Assembly (NCBI GenBank): GCA_963795085.1
Contig: CAWCFX010000006.1
Span: 768,001 to 832,000 of the forward strand
Length of the DNA: 64,000 nucleotides
DNA from: an uncultured Gemmatimonadales bacterium
Lineage (GTDB): Bacteria > Gemmatimonadota > Gemmatimonadetes > Gemmatimonadales > GWC2-71-9
Reading direction: 5' to 3'
Below, in pieces: positions 58,051 to 64,000 of the stretch. Numbering within the stretch: the stretch's first letter is position 1; each line of letters opens with the position of its first letter. The notes under the pieces are model-generated. The model worked only from the letters and a program-made list of their open reading frames with translations, was not told the origin of the DNA and did no database searches. Made by a program: the position numbers and the translations under genes.

Positions 58051-58572
58051 ATGACTGCCGCACAGGGAGCTTCGCCGGACGTGATGCGGGCGCTGGTGGA
58101 CAACCACCAGCGGTTCCTGGCGTTCCTGGAGAAACGGGTGGAGTCGCGGGAGGTGGCCGAGGACATTCTCCAGGACGGCTTCGCGCGGGCCATCGAGCGC
58201 GCCGCCGATATCAGGGAGCCCGGGTCCATCGTGGCCTGGTTCTACCGGCTGCTCCGGAACGCGGTGACCGATCATTACCGGCACCAGGGGGCCGAGTCGC
58301 GGGCCCTGGCGCGGGTAGCGGGAATGGAAGAGACCCGGACCGAGCCGGGCGACCAGGAGATGTTCGACACCGTCTGCGACTGCGTGGTCAGCCTGATGGA
58401 GACGCTTCGGCCGGCCTATGCGACGGCACTCCGGGAGGTGGAGATCGAGGAGCAGCCGCTGGCCGAGTATGCGGCCAGGGCGGGCATCACGGCGGGGAAT
58501 GCTGCGGTGCGGCTCTTCCGCGCGCGCGAGGCACTCAGGAAGCAGGTGGTGCGGTGCTGCGGGCCGGTGTAG
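58051..58572 (+). CDS. ECF sigma factor (SigZ-like), possibly C-terminally truncated
   Basis: AEDILQD, AWFYRLLRNAVTDHYR, NAAVRLFRAR; ends CCGPV. Confidence 0.85.
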   Translation: MTAAQGASPDVMRALVDNHQRFLAFLEKRVESREVAEDILQDGFARAIERAADIREPGSIVAWFYRLLRNAVTDHYRHQGAESRALARVAGMEETRTEPGDQEMFDTVCDCVVSLMETLRPAYATALREVEIEEQPLAEYAARAGITAGNAAVRLFRAREALRKQVVRCCGPV

Positions 58573-58624
58573 CACTGAGTCTCTCCGAGGGGCCACCACC
58601 CGAGTCCCTGAACAAACAGGGCGG

Positions 58625-59177
58625 CTTGCCCTGCCTGATCACGAAAGCACGAACGACAAACTACAAAGCGTGAACGACAAAGCACGAACGACAAAGCACG
58701 AACGACAAAGTACGAACGACAAAGTACGAAATAGGCAAAACACAAGAAACAACTCTGACAGATACGGCTTCTTCTTCGCCAAGTTGCTGTTTTATTGGTG
58801 TTCTTTTCTTGTATTTCGTGCTTTGTTGTACCGGGCAGGGCTCGTGCGCACAATAGTCTAGCGGGACAACGCGGGGGCTGGCCCTGCCTGATCACGAAAG
58901 CACGAACTACAAACTGCAAAAGCGCGAACTCGTGCTTTGTTGTACCGGGCAGGGCTCGTGCGCACAATAGTCTAGCGGGACAACGCGGAGGCTGGCCCTG
59001 TCTGATCACGAAAGCACGAACTACAAACTGCAAAAGCGCGAACTCGTGCTTTGTTGTACCGGGCAGGGCTCGTGCGCACAATAGTCTAGCGGGGCACACG
59101 CCTTATGATTGTTCTTCTCTTTGTATTTCGTGCTTTGTTGTCCCGGGCAGGGCTCGTGCGCACAATAGTCTAGCGGG
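58625..59177. repeat. Array of a MITE/REPIN-like element: four copies of a 50-bp core plus (ACGACAAAGCACGA)n
   Basis: Core TCGTGCTTTGTTGT(A/C)CCGGGCAGGGCTCGTGCGCACAATAGTCTAGCGGG at 58816, 58930, 59044 and 59128. Confidence 0.92.
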
Positions 59178-61068
59178 ACTCACGACCGCCCACTTCCTCC
59201 ACTTCCTTTCGCGCCTCAGCCAGCCGGTCCGCGCCCTCCCCGATCTGGCGCGCGGCGTCAATCAGCGTCGTCAACGACCCCAGCTCGGCGGCCCCCGCGT
59301 GAAGCCGGAGCAGGTCCAGCCGGATCCCTTCGAGGGCCGCCACGCTCTGGGCGAGGTGGGCGGCGGCCCCCTGCTTCCGCGCCGCCAGCACCTCGGTGTC
59401 TCCCGAGCCGGCGGGAACCAGGGCGGCGACCAGTTCGAGTTCCGCCCGCGCTCCCGCGGCCCGGGCCTCCAGCGCGGCCACGACGGCGGGCAACTCGCCC
59501 AGGTGCGCCCGCTGCGCCTCGGGAAGGGCCGCGTACAGTTCCGACGCGGCTAGTCCCAGGGCTGCTTCGGTGGCGCGGAACGCCGAGGCGCCGGCCAGCC
59601 GGGACCGATCCGGTGCCCCCAGCCGCCGGGCCAGCCACTCCCCCACCCGGCTCTGCCAGAGCCGGTCGCGGATTCCCGTCTGCCACCACTTGCGGATCCG
59701 GTCAGGAATAAACTGCACGCCCAGCGCATTGCTCAGGGCGCCGAGCCCCATCGTGGTGAGGACGGGGGCGAGGACGAACATCATCCCCATGTCCCGCTCG
59801 TGGACCACTTCGGCGAGCACCAGCCCGAACGTCACGGCGAGCCAGCTGGCGGCACCGGCCGTCGCGAGCCGGAGGAGCCGGTGGGCGGGCGACTCCCCCT
59901 CGTCCCGGGCCGCCGCCTCGGTCTCGGCCTGCTCCCGCCGGGCGACCTCGAGCGCGGTCCGGAGATCGGCCAGGGTGTGGCCGGCCCGGAACTGTCGCGC
60001 CGCCTGGTTCAGATGGAAGCCGATCACGGGAAGGAGCGGCAAGGCCGCGATCGCGGCGAGCAAGACGATGTCGGCCGGCCCGTCCGGGCGCCGGCCGGCG
60101 AGCCACACGACGAGGTTCACCAGCGAAAGCGTGCCGAACACGCCGGACCAGGCCAGGTAGGGAACCAGGAGCGGGTTCCGGGCGGCGAGCCAGGCCCGGA
60201 GCGGGGTCGGCAGGGCCGGACGGGTCTCCGGCGGCGGGGCGAGAGCTTCGGCCAGCGTCTCGCCGTCGGCGAACCGTGCCTCGGGGTCCCGGGCGAGACA
60301 GCGGTCAATCGCCGCCGCCAGCCCGGGCGGCACGCCGGGCGCCGCCGCCTGGAGTCCGGGTGGATCCTCGGTCGCCTGCCGCAGCATGAGGGCGGCCAGG
60401 TTGTTCGCCTCGAACGGAAGCTGGCCGCTCACCGCGAGGAAGCCGACCACGCCGAGGCCGTAGATATCGCTCCGGCCATCAGTGGTTTCGCCCGCCATCT
60501 GCTCCGGGCTCATGAAATGGGCCGTCCCCATGATCTTCCCCGGGTCGGTCGCCGAGCCGCGATCCCCGCCGCCATGGGCGATCCCGAAATCGGTCACCAG
60601 CGCCCGGCCGGTGGCGGCTTCGAGCAGAATGTTGTCCGGTTTCACGTCGCGGTGCACGATCCCGCGACCATGGGCGTACGCCAGCGCCCACGCCACCTCG
60701 CGAAGGATCCGGGTCGTCTCGGCGGGCGGGAGCGGGCCGGCCCGACGGATCCGCTCGCCCAGGGTCTCCCCTTCGACGTAACTCATGGCGAAGAAGACGA
60801 ACCCGCCGGCTTCACCGACCCGGTGGATCGGCACGATGTGAGGGTGGGAGAGCCCGGCGGCCATCCGCGCCTCACGGAGGAACCGCTCGCGCGCGGCCGG
60901 CGCCTGGGCCAGCTGGGTCGGGAGGACCTTGATGGCCACGTCCCGGTCCAGCTGCACCTCGCGGGCGAGGTAGACCACGCCCATCCCGCCGCGGCCCAGC
61001 TCGCGCTGGATCGAGTACTCGCCCGCGAGCGCGGCCTGGAGGTCGAGGAAGTCGGAGGAGGGGGGCAT
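59170..61068 (-). CDS. Ser/Thr protein kinase with a C-terminal membrane region and helical tail
   Basis: GRGGMGVV, VAIK, HRDVKPDN, DFG, GTAHFMSPE; about four TM segments. Start MPPSSDF. Confidence 0.92.
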   Translation of the reverse strand: MPPSSDFLDLQAALAGEYSIQRELGRGGMGVVYLAREVQLDRDVAIKVLPTQLAQAPAARERFLREARMAAGLSHPHIVPIHRVGEAGGFVFFAMSYVEGETLGERIRRAGPLPPAETTRILREVAWALAYAHGRGIVHRDVKPDNILLEAATGRALVTDFGIAHGGGDRGSATDPGKIMGTAHFMSPEQMAGETTDGRSDIYGLGVVGFLAVSGQLPFEANNLAALMLRQATEDPPGLQAAAPGVPPGLAAAIDRCLARDPEARFADGETLAEALAPPPETRPALPTPLRAWLAARNPLLVPYLAWSGVFGTLSLVNLVVWLAGRRPDGPADIVLLAAIAALPLLPVIGFHLNQAARQFRAGHTLADLRTALEVARREQAETEAAARDEGESPAHRLLRLATAGAASWLAVTFGLVLAEVVHERDMGMMFVLAPVLTTMGLGALSNALGVQFIPDRIRKWWQTGIRDRLWQSRVGEWLARRLGAPDRSRLAGASAFRATEAALGLAASELYAALPEAQRAHLGELPAVVAALEARAAGARAELELVAALVPAGSGDTEVLAARKQGAAAHLAQSVAALEGIRLDLLRLHAGAAELGSLTTLIDAARQIGEGADRLAEARKEVEEVGGRESR

Positions 61069-61080
61069 GGATACAAAAGT

Positions 61081-61466
61081 AAGCGGTGAGCGGTGAGAAG
61101 TGAGCAGGCTTCGAAACAGGCAAAGCGAGACACTCGGGGCTGGCCCTGCCTGATCACGAAAGCACGAACGACAAACTACAAAGCGCGAACGACAAAGCAC
61201 GAACGACAAAGCACGAACGACAAAGCACGAAATAGACAAAACACAAGAAACACTCCCGACAATACGGCTTCTTCTTCGCCAATGGCCGTTTTATTGGTGT
61301 TCTTTTCTTGTATTTCGTGCTTTGTTGTCCCGGGCAGGGCTCGTGCGCACAATAGTCTAGCGGGACTCTCTTGGGGCTGGCCCTCTCTGTTTACTGCTGT
61401 TTTCGTTTCTTGTATTTCGTGCTTTGTCGTCCCGGGCAGGGCTCGTGCGCACAATAGTCTAGCGGG
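61081..61466. repeat. Second array of the same element (50-bp core at 61315 and 61417)
   Basis: About 61137-61364 is a near copy of about 58625-58865. Confidence 0.92.
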
Positions 61467-61580
61467 ACTGCGGGGGGGGATCTCGTGTTGCCTCGACCTC
61501 AAGGCTGTACCGCTTCCCCCAGCCATCCCTGACCCCCTGGCCCCCTTCCCCCGTCGGGGGAAGGGGGAACGAGATGCCAG

Positions 61581-62375
61581 TTACAGCACGACTCGCCTTA
61601 CAAAACCCCGTACTCCCAGTACCGTCAGCAGCACCGCGACCAGCAGCAGCATCCCGGCGGTCACCGCCGTCGCGAGGTGCGGCACCTCGGGGGTGAGCGC
61701 GATCCGGAGTCCTTCGCTCATGTACATGAGCGGGTTGGCGAGCACCGCCACCTGGAGCCAGCGGATCGGGTGCAGCGCCGCCCAGGGGTAGTACACGCAG
61801 CCGAGGAAGATGAGCGGGGTGAGAATCACGGCAAACATGAGCCCGATGTGCTGCGGCCGGACCGCGGTGCCCAGGGCGAGGCCGAACGCTGCCGCGAGCC
61901 AGCAGGCCAGCACCAGCATCAAGGCCAGCATGGGCCAGCTGGCCACGTGGATGTGCACCGGCCCCAGCGGGATCAGGGTGACGATGGGAAAGACCACCAC
62001 CCCCGCCATGAGCGCCTGGAAGGCGCCGAAGGCCACCTTGGCGAGCGGCACGGTGGCGAGGGGGACGGGTGCCAGCACCCGGTCTTCGATCTCGCGAGTG
62101 GCGCCGAGTTCCATGGAGAGCGGCAGGGCCACGGCGGCGATCGCGGTGAACACCATGGCCACCGCCACCAGGCCCGGCACCAGGATGGTGGCGAACGACC
62201 CGGTACCTCCCGACGGCAGGCTCTCGCCGGTGCGGGGCAGGACATAGGTGAACACGAACACGGTGAGCAGCGGGTTCATGATGGTCCGCAGGGTGAACGG
62301 CAGCCACTCCCGCCGGAGCACGCGGAAGTCGCGGGCCCAGAGTCCGAACACGACCCGCACAAGGGTGCTATTCAC
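61581..62375 (-). CDS. ABC-2 type transporter permease
   Basis: LVPGLVA, EIEDRVLAP, FLGCVYYP, NPLMYMSEGLR. Confidence 0.9.
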   Translation of the reverse strand: MNSTLVRVVFGLWARDFRVLRREWLPFTLRTIMNPLLTVFVFTYVLPRTGESLPSGGTGSFATILVPGLVAVAMVFTAIAAVALPLSMELGATREIEDRVLAPVPLATVPLAKVAFGAFQALMAGVVVFPIVTLIPLGPVHIHVASWPMLALMLVLACWLAAAFGLALGTAVRPQHIGLMFAVILTPLIFLGCVYYPWAALHPIRWLQVAVLANPLMYMSEGLRIALTPEVPHLATAVTAGMLLLVAVLLTVLGVRGFVRRVVL

Positions 62376-62540
62376 GGAGGTCCCGCCCGGTCATCTGGAT
62401 GAACATGGTTTCAAGGGACGGCTCTACGACCTTGAGGCCGGTCAGGTGGTGCTCGCTTAAGAGGGTGACGACGGCGGGGACCGAGCCGGCCTCGGGACCC
62501 CGTCGTACCCCCCAGTTGAGCTCGGCCGGGCCCCGCCAGC
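62368..62540 (-). pseudogene. C-terminal remnant of an ABC-2 ATP-binding subunit
   Basis: EPSLETMFIQMTGRDLRE C-terminal signature overlapping the permease start; no Walker motifs upstream, only a repeat tract. Confidence 0.7.
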
Positions 62541-62735
62541 ACCGCCCAGTTAGTTCCACCGCCAGCCGCTGGCAGATCCGCCCAGTATAGTGCGTGAGGC
62601 TAAGCCCTGTTCTACCGCCCCGTCATACCGCCCAGTTAGTTCTACCGCCCTGTCCTACCGCCCCGTCATACCGCCCAGTTAGTTCTACCGCCCTGTCCTA
62701 CCGCCCTTTCGTACCGCCCAGTTCTCCCGCCCAGT
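62541..62735. repeat. Tandem repeat (TACCGCCC..)n
   Basis: Directly visible. Confidence 0.9.
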
Positions 62736-63887
62736 TCAAGCCGTCCGCTTCGAATACTGGTGCACCGCCAGCCAGAGCACGATTGCGGCATAGGCGGTGA
62801 GAATCCCCATGGGCAGGGCGATGTCCGCCGGGCCGGCGCCCTTGACCAGGATGGCGCGGGAGACGAACACGAAGTGGCGCACCGGGTTCAGCTGCGACAC
62901 CACCTGCACCCAGTGGGGCATACTCTCAATCGGGGTGAAGAGCCCGCTCATCAGCAGGTAGATCAGCATGACGAAGAAGGTGATGAACATGGCCTGCTGC
63001 TGGGTCTCGACCAGGGTGCTGATGAACAGCCCGATACCCAGCGCCACCAGCAGGTAGATCGCCGCGGATCCGAAGAGGAGCAGCAGGCTGCCCCGGATGG
63101 GGATCCCGAAGAGCAGCTTGCCCACCAGGAGTCCCACCGAGAGGTCGAGCATCGCGAGGACCCAGAACGGCAGCATCTTCGCGGTGATGAACTGGCCCCG
63201 GGTCATCGGGGTCACGTTCAGCTGTTCCAGCGTCCCCAGTTCCTTTTCCCGGGCCAGGTTCTGGGCGGTCAGCGTGGTGCCGATCAGGGTGACCAGGGAG
63301 ACCAGCAGCCCGGGCACCATGTAGTGCCGGTAGTCGAGTTCCGGGTTGTACCAGTTGCGGGCCCGCACGTCGATGCGGCGGATACCGGCCACGGGTCCCC
63401 GGGCCGCTGCGGCCGATACCGCTCTCCTCTGGGGCGCCAGCTCCAGGGTCAGGTCGCCGGCATAGGCGGAGAGAATGCGGTTGGTGTAGTGCTGGACGAT
63501 GCCGGCCGACGTGCCCTTCTCCGCGTTGACCGTCACCTGGACCGGCGCCGATCCGTCCCGCACCAGCTGTTCCTCGAACCGGGGCGGAATGGTGAGCACC
63601 AGGGTGGCGTCTCCCCTGAGCAGCGACTCCTCGGCCGGCGCCATGCCGTCGGCGATCCCGATCAGCCGGAAATGGCGGGACGCCTCGAAGCGGCTCACCA
63701 GCCCGCGGGAGACGCCGGTGCGGTCCTGGTCCACGATGAACGCGGGGGTGTCCCGGATCTGGAAGGTGGCGGCGTTGGCCAGCACGACGAGCTGGATCGC
63801 CGGCATGAGCAGCACCTGGACCAGCGAGGCCCGGTCCCGGACGACATGCAGCACCTCGGCCCAGGCCAGCGCCAGGATCCGGCGCAC
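62736..63887 (-). CDS. ABC-2 permease (YbhR/YbhS-like)
   Basis: WYNPELDY..YMVPG, REKELGTLEQL.VTP, SGLFTPIESMP, NPVRHF. Confidence 0.92.
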   Translation of the reverse strand: MRRILALAWAEVLHVVRDRASLVQVLLMPAIQLVVLANAATFQIRDTPAFIVDQDRTGVSRGLVSRFEASRHFRLIGIADGMAPAEESLLRGDATLVLTIPPRFEEQLVRDGSAPVQVTVNAEKGTSAGIVQHYTNRILSAYAGDLTLELAPQRRAVSAAAARGPVAGIRRIDVRARNWYNPELDYRHYMVPGLLVSLVTLIGTTLTAQNLAREKELGTLEQLNVTPMTRGQFITAKMLPFWVLAMLDLSVGLLVGKLLFGIPIRGSLLLLFGSAAIYLLVALGIGLFISTLVETQQQAMFITFFVMLIYLLMSGLFTPIESMPHWVQVVSQLNPVRHFVFVSRAILVKGAGPADIALPMGILTAYAAIVLWLAVHQYSKRTA

Positions 63888-63888
63888 C

Positions 63889-64000
63889 CTAGTCGAGCCT
63901 CACGTGGAAGTTCCGGGTGGCCAGGGCCAGGAGCCCCGCCGCCATCCCCACCAGGACCAGGGTCGGCTGCCAGAGATACTCGATGCCGACCCCCTTGAGC
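63889..64000 (-). CDS. Partial (C-terminus only) ABC-2 permease
   Basis: Manual translation LKGVGIEYLWQPTLVLVGMAAGLLALATRNFHVRLD*. Confidence 0.7.
   Translation of the reverse strand, partial: LKGVGIEYLWQPTLVLVGMAAGLLALATRNFHVRLD

Noticed and set aside
58816..59177. CRISPR array (constant 50-bp repeat with spacers)
   Set aside because: Two spacers are near-identical and complementary to the repeat, spacer lengths are irregular, the repeat is long, and no cas genes are present
1..64000. tRNA, rRNA, integrase, transposase or prophage genes
   Set aside because: None recognised by eye; a tRNAscan/Infernal run would be needed to exclude small RNAs

Overview
High-GC bacterial chromosomal window. 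The gene content (Ig-like lipoproteins, Ser/Thr kinases, serine hydrolases) suggests a Gemmatimonadota-like organism; this is inference only. It holds about 55 intact CDS and several gene fragments. No rRNA, tRNA, CRISPR array, transposase or integrase was seen. Main blocks: (i) a 7-gene minus-strand cluster of two esterases, a RimK-like ATP-grasp, a circularly permuted ATP-grasp, a YbdK/GCS2 ligase, a PuuD-like amidohydrolase and a rhodanese (2.6-9.5 kb); (ii) csp-rpsU; (iii) an NHEJ locus, with LigD plus an alpha/beta hydrolase divergent from Ku, a MerR-TPR protein and DUF72; (iv) efp and a YciI-ECF42-DUF1579 operon with its cognate promoter; (v) a MATE pump behind what looks like a complete leader-peptide attenuator; (vi) a DinB-globin-Ser/Thr kinase-cytochrome c/Ig lipoprotein-putative barrel run; (vii) VWA, a nuclease remnant and a PafB/PafC-like WYL pair, preceded by a promoter with the geometry of the mycobacterial PafBC motif; (viii) a decaying region (54.9-62.7 kb) with gene fragments and dense intergenic repeats. 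More than ten intergenic tandem or inverted short-unit repeat tracts occur across the window. The best candidates for undescribed biology are the VWA-PafBC-like module, the MATE attenuator, the three-ligase gamma-glutamyl/peptide cluster, the globin-coupled kinase and the repeat family. All family assignments come from motif recognition by eye, not database searches.
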